In this document: in pieces, positions 1-8,472 of the stretch | Position numbering within the stretch: the first letter of the stretch is position 1 | How the letters are laid out: each line of letters starts with the position of its first letter | Translations under genes and position numbers: made by a program | The notes under the pieces: generated by a model | Told to the model about the DNA's origin: nothing | Seen by the model: the letters and a program-made list of their open reading frames with translations, nothing else | Databases searched by the model: none | Source of the DNA: a virus | Length of the DNA: 41,263 nucleotides | Reading direction: 5' to 3' (one strand) | Virus record (IMG/VR): IMGVR_UViG_3300033512_000103 | Location: 1-41,263 of that record

Positions 1-141
1 GTTTATGGATCGTTCTATTAGCTAATAAATAGTTCGTACTTTTAGCACGACACTTTACAAATCTTAAATTCCATTGGATATCTATAATATCTATTGCAAT
101 TATAACACTAGGTATTATAATTTAATTATCACTATTATTAA
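1..141. repeat. Terminal exact repeat, copy 1 (identical to 41123..41263); circularisation overlap
   Basis: Base-by-base reading shows 1-141 equals 41123-41263. Bases 1-25 duplicate the 3' end and stop codon of CDS 40488..41147. Confidence 0.97.
94..121 (+). promoter_or_regulatory. Sigma70-like promoter TTGCAA-N16-TATAAT (early promoter, copy A)
   Basis: ttgcaa at 94-99 and tataat at 116-121 with a 16-nt spacer. The same architecture and about 80% identical surrounding sequence recur at 35348-35375. Confidence 0.65.
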
Positions 142-155
142 TAACAAAAGTGATA
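127..155 (+). promoter_or_regulatory. Inverted repeat TATCAC-N17-GTGATA downstream of the promoter (operator or 5'-UTR hairpin)
   Basis: tatcac at 127-132 and gtgata at 150-155 are reverse complements. The element is conserved, with an extra C:G pair, at 35381-35409. Confidence 0.5.
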
Positions 156-164
156 TTCAAAACA

Positions 165-380
165 ATGGCAATAAATAAATTAGGAACAATGGGAAGGCTT
201 GGTGTTAGAAAAGGAAATCCGCTTTTCAAAAAGATTTATGGAATTTTATTAGACGATCACGAATTCGTTGATTTATATAATAGAAAGGAATCACTTAATC
301 CAGAAGAAGTTGCATTGACTGCATACGACGCAGTAAAACAATTCGCGGACGCATTTCAAGTTAAGTTACCTGTAGAATAA
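165..380 (+). CDS. Hypothetical early protein (71 aa from the ATG at 165; the track start at 150 is GTG)
   Basis: Open frame. The caaaacaATG start context is conserved with the paralogous 5' region at 35412-35421. Confidence 0.6.
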   Translation: MAINKLGTMGRLGVRKGNPLFKKIYGILLDDHEFVDLYNRKESLNPEEVALTAYDAVKQFADAFQVKLPVE

Positions 381-385
381 AATTT

Positions 386-562
386 ATGAAAAGAGTAATC
401 ATAAGGCAAAAAAAAGAAAATGAAGAAAAGATGATATGCCAATCTTGTGGTCAAGAGATATTCTTCAATGTTGATATTTATGAAAAAACCGGAATGTGTG
501 GAGCTTGTACAACGGGCGAGGCCAGACTTAATTTTGAGGAAGACGAAGATGAAGATTTTTAA
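386..562 (+). CDS. Small Zn-ribbon protein (58 aa, below the track cutoff)
   Basis: ATG at 386 and TAA at 560-562. It has two CxxC pairs (CQSC, CGAC) and an acidic tail, and it fills the gap between neighbouring genes. Confidence 0.6.
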   Translation: MKRVIIRQKKENEEKMICQSCGQEIFFNVDIYEKTGMCGACTTGEARLNFEEDEDEDF

Positions 563-575
563 CCATTAAATAACT

Positions 576-758
576 ATGAACTCAATAGATAAAATAAAAA
601 AGATAACCGTTCCAATATGCAATATTTGTAATAAACCCCATTTTGGAAGAAGTAAGGTTGAGGATAGATGTGTATGTGATTGCTCTGGTAATTTTCATCT
701 TGCAGAGATTATTGGAGAGCCGAAAACAGATGAAGTATTTAACATATTAAAGAAATGA
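576..758 (+). CDS. Small Cys-rich (zinc-binding-like) protein
   Basis: CNIC and CVCDC motifs. Its stop overlaps the next start (ATGA at 755). Confidence 0.6.
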   Translation: MNSIDKIKKITVPICNICNKPHFGRSKVEDRCVCDCSGNFHLAEIIGEPKTDEVFNILKK

Positions 759-1102
759 GCAAAATTGCATTTGATGTTGATGACACACTAATTGTTCCTA
801 GAATTGTTACTGGATTTGATGTTGAGATACCAAATTACCCAGTAATTGAAATATATCGGTGGTTTCAATCACAAGGGAATTATATGATTATCTGGTCTGG
901 TGGTGGTGAAAGTTATGCAAAAATGTGGGGTGAGAAGCTCGGACTAAATGCCGATGAATATCGAGATAAAGGAATGGGGAGCAAAGACCTGACGATTGAT
1001 ATTGCCTTTGATGACTGTGATGTCAATTTGGCAAGAGTGAATATAAAAGTAGGAAGAATTAGTAATGATATAAGTCGTAAGGAATGGAATAAAAATAAGT
1101 AA
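755..1102 (+). CDS. HAD-superfamily-like hydrolase or phosphatase (small)
   Basis: The N-terminal IAFDVDDTL matches HAD motif I (DxDxT). WSGGGE and DDCD are candidates for the later motifs. Confidence 0.6.
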   Translation: MSKIAFDVDDTLIVPRIVTGFDVEIPNYPVIEIYRWFQSQGNYMIIWSGGGESYAKMWGEKLGLNADEYRDKGMGSKDLTIDIAFDDCDVNLARVNIKVGRISNDISRKEWNKNK

Positions 1103-1114
1103 CATATTAAAGAA

Positions 1115-1537
1115 ATGAAAAAGAAAATTAAAATTCTAGGAAATGTTCATAAGATGAAGAAGAATATAGACTCTATTAAAAAGTTTAATTGGGTTTTTTA
1201 TTCTAAAGACGAATTGAAGACTAAAGAAACAAACAATATAAAACAAAAAGTCGACAAGCTGACTGATGTAATTGCAAACATAGCATTTAATAATGGCGCT
1301 GGTCTAAACAGTGTTCAGTTAAATGAAATTGCTGAACAGATAAAAATAGGAATAAAGAAGGTAATTAAAGAGAGAGATCAGACATTGGTATCTAATATTA
1401 GTAATTACTTGGCGAGGGAACACAATCACTTTTCTAGTGAACACAAAGAAAATTTTATGTTCGAGGACGAACGCCCTTATGTTGATAGTTTGGAGTTTGA
1501 AAAATTCTTTATTAACTTAATAAAATCTAAGATTTAA
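1115..1537 (+). CDS. Hypothetical protein
   Basis: 140-aa ORF with no recognisable motif. Confidence 0.6.
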   Translation: MKKKIKILGNVHKMKKNIDSIKKFNWVFYSKDELKTKETNNIKQKVDKLTDVIANIAFNNGAGLNSVQLNEIAEQIKIGIKKVIKERDQTLVSNISNYLAREHNHFSSEHKENFMFEDERPYVDSLEFEKFFINLIKSKI

Positions 1538-1571
1538 GCCGTTATTCACGTTGATTTTTATATAATTTATA

Positions 1572-1580
1572 TGTTATAAT
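1572..1580 (+). promoter_or_regulatory. Extended -10 promoter TGTTATAAT, 7 nt upstream of the ATG at 1588 (leaderless)
   Basis: tgttataat at 1572-1580, then tgtagat, then atg. Confidence 0.6.
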
Positions 1581-1587
1581 TGTAGAT

Positions 1588-2229
1588 ATGTTAAGTATCA
1601 ACGATATAAAACCCTACAAAAATAACGCTAAAGAACACCCTAAAAAACAAATTGATTTACTTGCTAAAGTTATAAAGGAAATCGGCTGGAGACAGAATGT
1701 TGAAGTAAATCAGGAAGGTGTAATAATCGCTGGACACGGGCGCTGGTTAGTATGGGAAACATACAAAAACGATCCAGATATGCCAGAAATATGGATTACT
1801 GACGATATGGGTAATACAATTTCCGGAAAACACGATCCCCGCCCTATGACACCTGATCAAGAGAAAATGTGGAGATTGGCCGATAATCAACTGAACGCTA
1901 TTACCGGATTTAATATGGACCTAGTATTTCCTGAACTGGAATCCTTACCGGAAGGACTAAAGGAACTAACCGGCTTTGATAATTTAATTATAGGAAGCGA
2001 CAGCGAATCTTTGCTCGTAAAGAACGACGATAGATTTAAGAAACTTATTTTAATATTCACTAGAGATCAATTTGATATTATCTCCTCAGCAATCGCAAGT
2101 CAGAAGGAATCGGAAGAATATAAAGCATTAAAGGAATCCGAAAACTCTAATAGGAACGGAAACGCTTTATTCATATTGATAAATAAATACTTAGAATACG
2201 AGAAGCTCTATGGTAAAATTGAGGAATAG
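1588..2229 (+). CDS. ParB-like nuclease domain protein
   Basis: The N-terminus (INDIKPYKNNAKEHPKKQIDLLAKVIKEIGW...VIIAGHGRW) matches the ParB N-terminal / sulfiredoxin-like domain pattern. The gene sits just upstream of the terminase genes. Confidence 0.75.
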   Translation: MLSINDIKPYKNNAKEHPKKQIDLLAKVIKEIGWRQNVEVNQEGVIIAGHGRWLVWETYKNDPDMPEIWITDDMGNTISGKHDPRPMTPDQEKMWRLADNQLNAITGFNMDLVFPELESLPEGLKELTGFDNLIIGSDSESLLVKNDDRFKKLILIFTRDQFDIISSAIASQKESEEYKALKESENSNRNGNALFILINKYLEYEKLYGKIEE

Positions 2230-2234
2230 CTAAA

Positions 2235-2828
2235 ATGGACAAGGACACTAATAAAACAGCCGGAACTGGTAAAGAGACACCTGAAGGAAACGAAAGCAAG
2301 CCTGAGGCCGTTTTGGGCCAACAGGGGCAGATTACGACTGAACCTGAGCCAACTAAAACTGGCGAAATAATGGCTGACGGAACTTTTATTGATAATAAGG
2401 GTATTAGAAGGAACAAAGACGGGACGCTCGCTAAAGGTAGTGTTTTAAACCCTGCGGGCAAGTTAAAGGGAACAGAACACTTCTCGACTATTCTGGATAA
2501 AGCCTTGAGAAGAGTCGCGCAATTAAATAAAAAGGAATCAGAAGAATTGTTTGAGGAAATTATTGGAAATGCCATTCTTCAGGCAAGGGGTGGTAATTAT
2601 AAATTCTACCGCGATATGTTGGATCGGCTTTACGGCAAGCCGAGGGAAACTGTACGGGTCGATACAAACCCTATAACAAAGATCGAGGTTGAGATAATTG
2701 AAAATAAAAGAGATGACGACGACGATTTTTCCTATGTTGAACGAACCAGAGACGGGGCGAACAGTCAGAATGAAAGTGTCGAACGTGTACAAGAGGAACG
2801 CACTGGCTCAGACGCGGTTGGTTCTTGA
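2235..2828 (+). CDS. Putative small terminase subunit
   Basis: The gene lies immediately upstream of, and overlaps, the large terminase. The NPAGKLKG motif resembles DUF5681-type small-terminase-like proteins. There is no stronger signature. Confidence 0.5.
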   Translation: MDKDTNKTAGTGKETPEGNESKPEAVLGQQGQITTEPEPTKTGEIMADGTFIDNKGIRRNKDGTLAKGSVLNPAGKLKGTEHFSTILDKALRRVAQLNKKESEELFEEIIGNAILQARGGNYKFYRDMLDRLYGKPRETVRVDTNPITKIEVEIIENKRDDDDDFSYVERTRDGANSQNESVERVQEERTGSDAVGS

Positions 2829-3939
2829 TGAGGGTGGTACACGATCGAGTAAAACATTCTCCCTAGCGCAACTGTTTTATATGAAGTTAAAACAAGAGGA
2901 CAATATCCTCATTTCTGTCGTGCGTAAAACTCGACCGTCATTGATTGCTTCGGCATTAAAAGATTTTCTACAAGTCCTTAAAGACAATGACGATTATCAG
3001 CCGGAGAATTTCAACTGGACCACCCTGTCTTATAAAGTTGGCAATAATGAGATTGAATTCTTTTCTGTCGATGAACCACAAAAAGTCCGAGGACGAAAGA
3101 GAACTTACTTATGGGCTAACGAAATAAACGAACTGGAGTATGAAGATTTCATACAACTTGCCCTTCGAACAACGAAACAAATATTCGGAGACTATAACCC
3201 TTCTGATGAGTACCACTGGATTTATGAAAGACTGCTTACCAGAAATGACGTTACATTAATCAAATCAACATTCAGAGATAATCCATTTCTAGAAAAGGAA
3301 ACCATTGATGAAATAAAAAGGTTACGATCAATCGACGAGAACTATTGGAGAATATACGGTCTTGGAGAACGAGGTGTTTCCGAAACGATCATATATCGTA
3401 ATTGGGATTTGGTTGACGAACTGCCTACTCAGATTATTCCGGCAACTAGAAGAGAGCCGGAAAGAACTGAATTCGTTGGTGATGTTTATTACAGCTTAGA
3501 CTTTGGTTTTAATAATAAGACCTGCTTACTTCGCATTGTTGAAAATGATAAGGAAGTATTCATTGATGAATTAATTTATGAAAGTGGACTAACGAACAGC
3601 GAACTCATTGCCAAGATGAAGGAGCTTAATATCGGCGGGCTTAGTTATATTTACTGCGATAGTGCTGAACCACAAAGAATAAAAGAGCTTCGAAATGCTG
3701 ACTTTAATGCAGTGCCGGCAAATAAAGATGTTCTCAAGGGAATCGACACATTGAAGAGCCGAAGAATTCATATAACAAAGAGGTCGGTCAATGTTCACAA
3801 GGAAATACGTTCATATCGTTGGAAAGAAAAGGACGGAAAAGTATTGGACGAGCCAGTTAAAGTCAACGATCACGCTATGGACTCTATGAGATACGGCGTA
3901 CACACAAATTCCTGCCAAGAATACATAGGTTTCGTCTAG
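2698..3939 (+). CDS. terL: Large terminase subunit (PBSX/Terminase_3-like). The start is uncertain (ATG at 2698, 2713, 2734 or 2770).
   Basis: Walker A-like GGTRSSKT preceded by LVLDE, and Walker B-like TYLWANEINE. Size and position before the portal fit, and C-terminal nuclease-type acidic residues are present. Confidence 0.9.
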   Translation: MKIKEMTTTIFPMLNEPETGRTVRMKVSNVYKRNALAQTRLVLDEGGTRSSKTFSLAQLFYMKLKQEDNILISVVRKTRPSLIASALKDFLQVLKDNDDYQPENFNWTTLSYKVGNNEIEFFSVDEPQKVRGRKRTYLWANEINELEYEDFIQLALRTTKQIFGDYNPSDEYHWIYERLLTRNDVTLIKSTFRDNPFLEKETIDEIKRLRSIDENYWRIYGLGERGVSETIIYRNWDLVDELPTQIIPATRREPERTEFVGDVYYSLDFGFNNKTCLLRIVENDKEVFIDELIYESGLTNSELIAKMKELNIGGLSYIYCDSAEPQRIKELRNADFNAVPANKDVLKGIDTLKSRRIHITKRSVNVHKEIRSYRWKEKDGKVLDEPVKVNDHAMDSMRYGVHTNSCQEYIGFV

Positions 3940-3956
3940 AGTTATTTGGCTGTATA

Positions 3957-3965
3957 TGATATAAT
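3957..3965 (+). promoter_or_regulatory. Extended -10 promoter TGATATAAT (late consensus TGATATAATT)
   Basis: The 10-mer tgatataatt starts at 3957, 32 nt upstream of the portal ATG. Confidence 0.55.
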
Positions 3966-3997
3966 TTACGTGAGTTATTATTAATTTTGATAAATAA

Positions 3998-5977
3998 ATG
4001 CACCCTTTTAAAACAATCCGTAATTTTATTAAGAAGACTTTGGGCGGAACGATAAGTTCCTTTTCATATAGAAGTAGTCCGGCAATAACCGACTTGCTTT
4101 CAAGTAACAATACATATTTCGACCTGAATGAAGTATCGTTATATGTCAATCGTGGAATACAGAAACGAAGCCAAAAGGTTGGCCAAACTAAATTTAAACT
4201 TATCGACAAACAAGGTAATGAAGTGACTGAAAATCCGGTCCTTAATCTATTGGACAGACCTAATCAAAAACAAACCGGAGTACAGTTCTGGGCGTTGGCT
4301 TCTGAATATCGAGACATTTCTGGATTTGCTGTTATCCGAATGATGAACAAATCTGAGGGAGAGGTATTTAAAGATGTTGAAAATATTGATCACCTAGAAG
4401 TTTTAAATTCAAACAAGGTCCAAATAAACTACAACGGAGATGAAATTATTTCATTCACTCATACTCTCCGAGACGGGCAACAAGAGGTTATTCCTTTTGA
4501 TGAATGTATTTACTGGTTTAGACCAGATCCTCGAGATCCTACTCAGGGAATGTCTCTATTGAAAGCCGGCATTTATTCGATCGACACTGATAATCAATTA
4601 TCAATGTACCAAAACGCTATCGTTAAAAATGGCGGTACAACTGACACAGTATTTTCTTTCGAAAATGGATTGACTTCGGCTCAGATTGAGGACCTAAAGA
4701 AGAAACATATCGAGGAAAGAAGAGACGCGAAAAATGCTGATATGCCTTACTTCTTAGGCGGAAAAGCAAAAATCGAGAGACTTGGTATGACACCTAGCGA
4801 ACTTGCATATCTAGAAACAAAGAAGATTTACGCTAGAGATATGGCAGTTATTACCGGAGTACCTTCAGTTATTTTGGGTATTACTTCCGACGAAACTTTT
4901 GCTAATGCTGAAATGGCTTATCGAGTTTTCATAAGAGAAACAATCAAGCCAATTATCGACGACTTAGTAAATACTCTAAATTGGAAACTTGTTCCTGAAG
5001 ATTTGGAATTGTCATATGAAGATCCAAGTCCAGATGATGTTGACGTTAAAGTTAAATTAGCAACAGCCCTATACAATGTCGACGCCTCAACGATAAATGA
5101 AAGACGTGAAATATTAGGCCTAGATAAATTTGAAGATGAAAGCGCTGATGAATTGTATGTTTCCTTCGCAAAACAGCCTCTTGGATATAAAGAACCAGAT
5201 GTAACAGAGGACCTATCTTTTAAAAAAAAATCTGCAAATAATGCAGAGCATATCCTAAAGGACAAAGTTTTCAGAGATATGTATCGTAAAGTCGCGAAGA
5301 CTCGAGCTGATAAGAGAGAAAAAATCTTTTATTCAATGATTACCAATTATTTTGAAGGACAGAAGACTCGTGTCCTTGAAGCTATACCGGCAGAAAAAGC
5401 AGTTACGAAAGCACTTGTTGATGAAGTTTTAAATGAACAACTAGAAATAAGAATTGCAAGCGGTTCAGCATTACCTTTATTGCGAAGATTTTTAATTGAA
5501 GCAGGAAAAGAAACTGTGGATATGTTGGACTTTGAAGAAGGATTTTCTTTGACCGAAACAATTGAAAAATGGTTGAACAACAGATCAAGAATATTTGCTA
5601 AAGAAATAACCGATACAACTTACGACAAATTAAAATCTGAATTTAAACAATCTGCAGACGCAGGAGAAACACGCGCACAACTAATCCAAAGAATTGAGTC
5701 TGTCTATTCTGGCTTTGACCAAAATAGGGCTAGAACAATAGCTCGTACAGAAACGCACGGAGCAGTGCAAAAAGGAAATCTTGAAGGAAGTGTTCAAGCT
5801 GGTTCAGAAGTAAAGATATGGGTTGCTGTTATGGACGACGATACTAGAGACAGTCACGAATATTTGGACGGCGAAGAAAGACCAATTAATAAAAGATTTT
5901 CTAATGGACTAATGTATGCCGGAGACGCTGAAGGAGAGCCTGCAGAAACGATAAATTGCCGTTGTTCTACGGTTTAG
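3998..5977 (+). CDS. Portal protein (HK97-family-like) fused to a C-terminal MuF-like minor head protein domain
   Basis: NPVLNLLDRPN...FWALASEYRDISGFA is a portal-type N-terminal region. The C-terminus (NRARTIARTETHGAVQKG...DDDTRDSHEYLDGE...INCRCS) matches the Phage_Mu_F / SPP1 gp7 signature. Confidence 0.88.
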   Translation: MHPFKTIRNFIKKTLGGTISSFSYRSSPAITDLLSSNNTYFDLNEVSLYVNRGIQKRSQKVGQTKFKLIDKQGNEVTENPVLNLLDRPNQKQTGVQFWALASEYRDISGFAVIRMMNKSEGEVFKDVENIDHLEVLNSNKVQINYNGDEIISFTHTLRDGQQEVIPFDECIYWFRPDPRDPTQGMSLLKAGIYSIDTDNQLSMYQNAIVKNGGTTDTVFSFENGLTSAQIEDLKKKHIEERRDAKNADMPYFLGGKAKIERLGMTPSELAYLETKKIYARDMAVITGVPSVILGITSDETFANAEMAYRVFIRETIKPIIDDLVNTLNWKLVPEDLELSYEDPSPDDVDVKVKLATALYNVDASTINERREILGLDKFEDESADELYVSFAKQPLGYKEPDVTEDLSFKKKSANNAEHILKDKVFRDMYRKVAKTRADKREKIFYSMITNYFEGQKTRVLEAIPAEKAVTKALVDEVLNEQLEIRIASGSALPLLRRFLIEAGKETVDMLDFEEGFSLTETIEKWLNNRSRIFAKEITDTTYDKLKSEFKQSADAGETRAQLIQRIESVYSGFDQNRARTIARTETHGAVQKGNLEGSVQAGSEVKIWVAVMDDDTRDSHEYLDGEERPINKRFSNGLMYAGDAEGEPAETINCRCSTV

Positions 5978-5992
5978 ATTATTTAATAAATA

Positions 5993-6001
5993 TGATATAA
6001 T
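5993..6001 (+). promoter_or_regulatory. Extended -10 promoter TGATATAAT, 8 nt upstream of the ATG at 6010 (leaderless)
   Basis: tgatataat at 5993-6001, then taaccaaa, then atg. Confidence 0.6.
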
Positions 6002-6009
6002 TAACCAAA

Positions 6010-6846
6010 ATGGATAAATTTTACACAATAACTAATAAGAGTTTTGACGAATACGGTGTAACTAATCACCGCGATCTTTGGTCGAAGGTTCAAAAAGAGT
6101 TCAAGGGCTTCTCAATGCAAGTCAATACTACTTTCGAAAAGAGTGTGGTCCAAAAAGAAGGAAAGGACGAAACTATTTGGACTATGGTTTTTTCTACTCC
6201 AGACAAGGATCGTCACGGAGACATAATGGTCCAGAACTGGTATTTAGAGCCATATAAATTAAACCCTGTTTTACTTGATAGTCATAATTACGACTCAATC
6301 ACTAGAATTATTGGTCGTGTAATAAATATCCGAGTTGAAAATGAACAACTAAAAGGTGAATTGGAATTTGCTGTTACTAATCCTCTAGGACAACTTGCTA
6401 AGGAAATGGTTGAGGGTGGATTTATTAATACCTCGTCTGTTGGATTTATTCCACTAGAATTTGATAATGACGGACGCATTTTGAAATCAGAGTTGCTAGA
6501 AAATTCACTTGTTTCTGTTCCTGCTAACGCCCGAGCTTTATTTGAAAAGAAAGTTGACGAAGTTACTGCAGATATAAAACAAATCAAACAAGAAATGGTA
6601 CAGGATATGCCGGTTGCAGATATTGTTATCGCGCAGAAAACTATTGATGTTAAAAAGGAAACATTGAAATCAATCGTTCTAGCATTGAAATCTATAGAAG
6701 ATTTTGAGGCCCGAGACGAAGAGGTTAGAACTATCCGATCTATCAAGATAGCTCTTGGAAATATTTTAAACAAAGAAGAAACGAATGAGGCGAAGAGGAG
6801 AAAGGTTGTTCGATATATTCACAAGGCTTTGCGTACATTGATTTAA
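6010..6846 (+). CDS. Prohead serine protease (HK97 family) with a C-terminal charged extension
   Basis: PDKDRHGDIM and SSVGFIP motifs are typical of caudoviral prohead proteases. The gene lies between portal and capsid. Confidence 0.85.
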   Translation: MDKFYTITNKSFDEYGVTNHRDLWSKVQKEFKGFSMQVNTTFEKSVVQKEGKDETIWTMVFSTPDKDRHGDIMVQNWYLEPYKLNPVLLDSHNYDSITRIIGRVINIRVENEQLKGELEFAVTNPLGQLAKEMVEGGFINTSSVGFIPLEFDNDGRILKSELLENSLVSVPANARALFEKKVDEVTADIKQIKQEMVQDMPVADIVIAQKTIDVKKETLKSIVLALKSIEDFEARDEEVRTIRSIKIALGNILNKEETNEAKRRKVVRYIHKALRTLI

Positions 6847-6923
6847 TAAATTCTAAGTAAAGATATTCGGCATTTAAAACTCCCTGCCGAGGGACTTGAT
6901 TACAAATTAACTTTATAAGTAAA

Positions 6924-8261
6924 ATGGTTAAATTACTAAAATTGCTAAAATCCTTGAAAGCTCAAGGTTTCGCTTCGTCAGCTCAAAAAGCTGAAGTAAA
7001 AGCTCTTGTAAAAGAAGCTGGAGATGAAGCTGAAGTAGTTAATGAAGAAATCGCTGAAGTTGAGGCTCTTCCTGAAGCTAAGGACGAACCAAAGGCAGAT
7101 GATGAAGCTGGTGCTGAAGCTATTGTTGAAAAACTTTTCTCTAAAAAAGCAGAACAAGTTGAAACAAAAATGACTTCTAAACTAGACGCGTCTGTTAAGT
7201 CTATGAAAGAAGATCTAACAGCTTTTGTTAAAAATGCTGTTTCATTAAAAGGTTCAAAACCTACAATTTCTTTTGATCCTGCTTCTTATCAAAAATGGGC
7301 TAAAGACATTCGTTCTACAAAGGGAACTTTTGTTGCTGAATTGAAAGACTTTGATTTTGCTCGAGTAAAATTAGCTGGAGATATTTCTATTGACGGAAAC
7401 ATCACTGGAGAATTGCCTCAAGCTGAATTAGACTCAATGGTTTCTCGTGACCCACAACGAGCGCCTTTCATTGAGGAATTAGTTTCTCGTGGAACAATCA
7501 GTTCAAACCTAGACGCTTGGATTGAAACAACTGGTGAGGACGGAGATCCATTGCCTGTTGCTGAATTGGCGAAACTTCCTGCTAAGGATTACGACTACGC
7601 TCGTAGAACTGCAGAAGTTAAGAAAATCGGTGTTTATTCAAAATATTCAGTTGAAATGGCTGAAGATTTACCTAACCTTGTTTCAGAAATCAAAAACAAC
7701 TTGATTACTGATCTTAAGAGAGTAGTTGATACTCAAATCTTGAGTGGAGACGGTGAATATGACGATTTAGTTGGTATTTTGGAAAATGCTGTAGCTTATA
7801 ATGCTGGCTCTTTTGCCGGTACTATTGCTGAAGCGAATATGTTTGACGTTATTGAAACAGCCGTATCACAAGTTGTTACTGCTCTTCATAACCCAGACGC
7901 TGTATGTCTACACCCTACAGATGTTTCAAAAATGAGACTATCTAAAGGTTCAGACGGACACTACGTATTGCCACCTTTCATTACTGCAAACGGCACAACT
8001 GTTTCAGGTGTGAGAGTAGTTGCTAATACTGGAATCGCTGTAGGTACTTTCTTGGTTGGTGATTTCAAAAAATCTTCTGTTAAATACCGAAAGGGATTAA
8101 CTCTAGAAATGACAAACACAGATCAAGATGACTTCGTTAAAGATCGATTTACTGTTAAAGCTACCGTTCGATTGGTTCATAGAGTTCGTGAAAACGACTA
8201 TGAAGCGTTCGTTACAGGTTCTTTTGCAACAGCTATCTCAGCTTTAACTGTAGCTAGCTAG
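6924..8261 (+). CDS. Major capsid protein, HK97 fold, with an N-terminal delta/scaffold-like domain
   Basis: Ala/Glu/Lys-rich helical N-terminus of about 110 aa, followed by a Phage_capsid-like body. Size and synteny fit. Confidence 0.9.
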   Translation: MVKLLKLLKSLKAQGFASSAQKAEVKALVKEAGDEAEVVNEEIAEVEALPEAKDEPKADDEAGAEAIVEKLFSKKAEQVETKMTSKLDASVKSMKEDLTAFVKNAVSLKGSKPTISFDPASYQKWAKDIRSTKGTFVAELKDFDFARVKLAGDISIDGNITGELPQAELDSMVSRDPQRAPFIEELVSRGTISSNLDAWIETTGEDGDPLPVAELAKLPAKDYDYARRTAEVKKIGVYSKYSVEMAEDLPNLVSEIKNNLITDLKRVVDTQILSGDGEYDDLVGILENAVAYNAGSFAGTIAEANMFDVIETAVSQVVTALHNPDAVCLHPTDVSKMRLSKGSDGHYVLPPFITANGTTVSGVRVVANTGIAVGTFLVGDFKKSSVKYRKGLTLEMTNTDQDDFVKDRFTVKATVRLVHRVRENDYEAFVTGSFATAISALTVAS

Positions 8262-8287
8262 TATCTGAGGATTTAATCCTTACTCTG

Positions 8288-8305
8288 CTCCCGAGTGATC
8301 GGGGG
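8288..8305 (+). terminator. GC-rich stem-loop after the capsid gene (possible terminator or stabiliser; no U-tract)
   Basis: ctcccga-gtga-tcggggg forms a 7-bp stem (one G:U pair) with a GTGA tetraloop. Confidence 0.4.
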
Positions 8306-8325
8306 TAGCGATAAGGAAAAAATAT

Positions 8326-8472
8326 ATGAAATATAAATACGTTTATAAAGACAAAAATACAAATAGAAAGATTTACTCTGAGGTTAAATTAACAGACCCT
8401 AACCTTATATTGGTTGCTCATCACGGTAATTCAATGATTAAAAATAGTGACGTTAACGTAATAAAAAAATGA
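8326..8472 (+). CDS. Small hypothetical protein (48 aa, below the track cutoff)
   Basis: ATG at 8326. Its stop overlaps the next start (ATGA at 8469-8472). Confidence 0.45.
   Translation: MKYKYVYKDKNTNRKIYSEVKLTDPNLILVAHHGNSMIKNSDVNVIKK

Noticed and set aside
127-155. Similarity of the TATCAC(C)/(G)GTGATA half-sites to lambda-type operator half-sites.
   Set aside because: The half-sites are separated by 15-17 nt rather than forming a 17-bp operator. No CI/Cro-like repressor is recognisable. The hexamer is also expected about 25-30 times by chance in an AT-rich 41-kb genome. Only the conserved paired arrangement is kept as a finding.
6867-6894. A stem-loop, tcggca-N12-tgccga (alternative tccc/ggga pairing), between the protease and capsid genes.
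   Set aside because: The stem is short, has a large loop and lacks a U-tract. It may modulate transcript stability, but the evidence is too weak to call a terminator or regulatory element.
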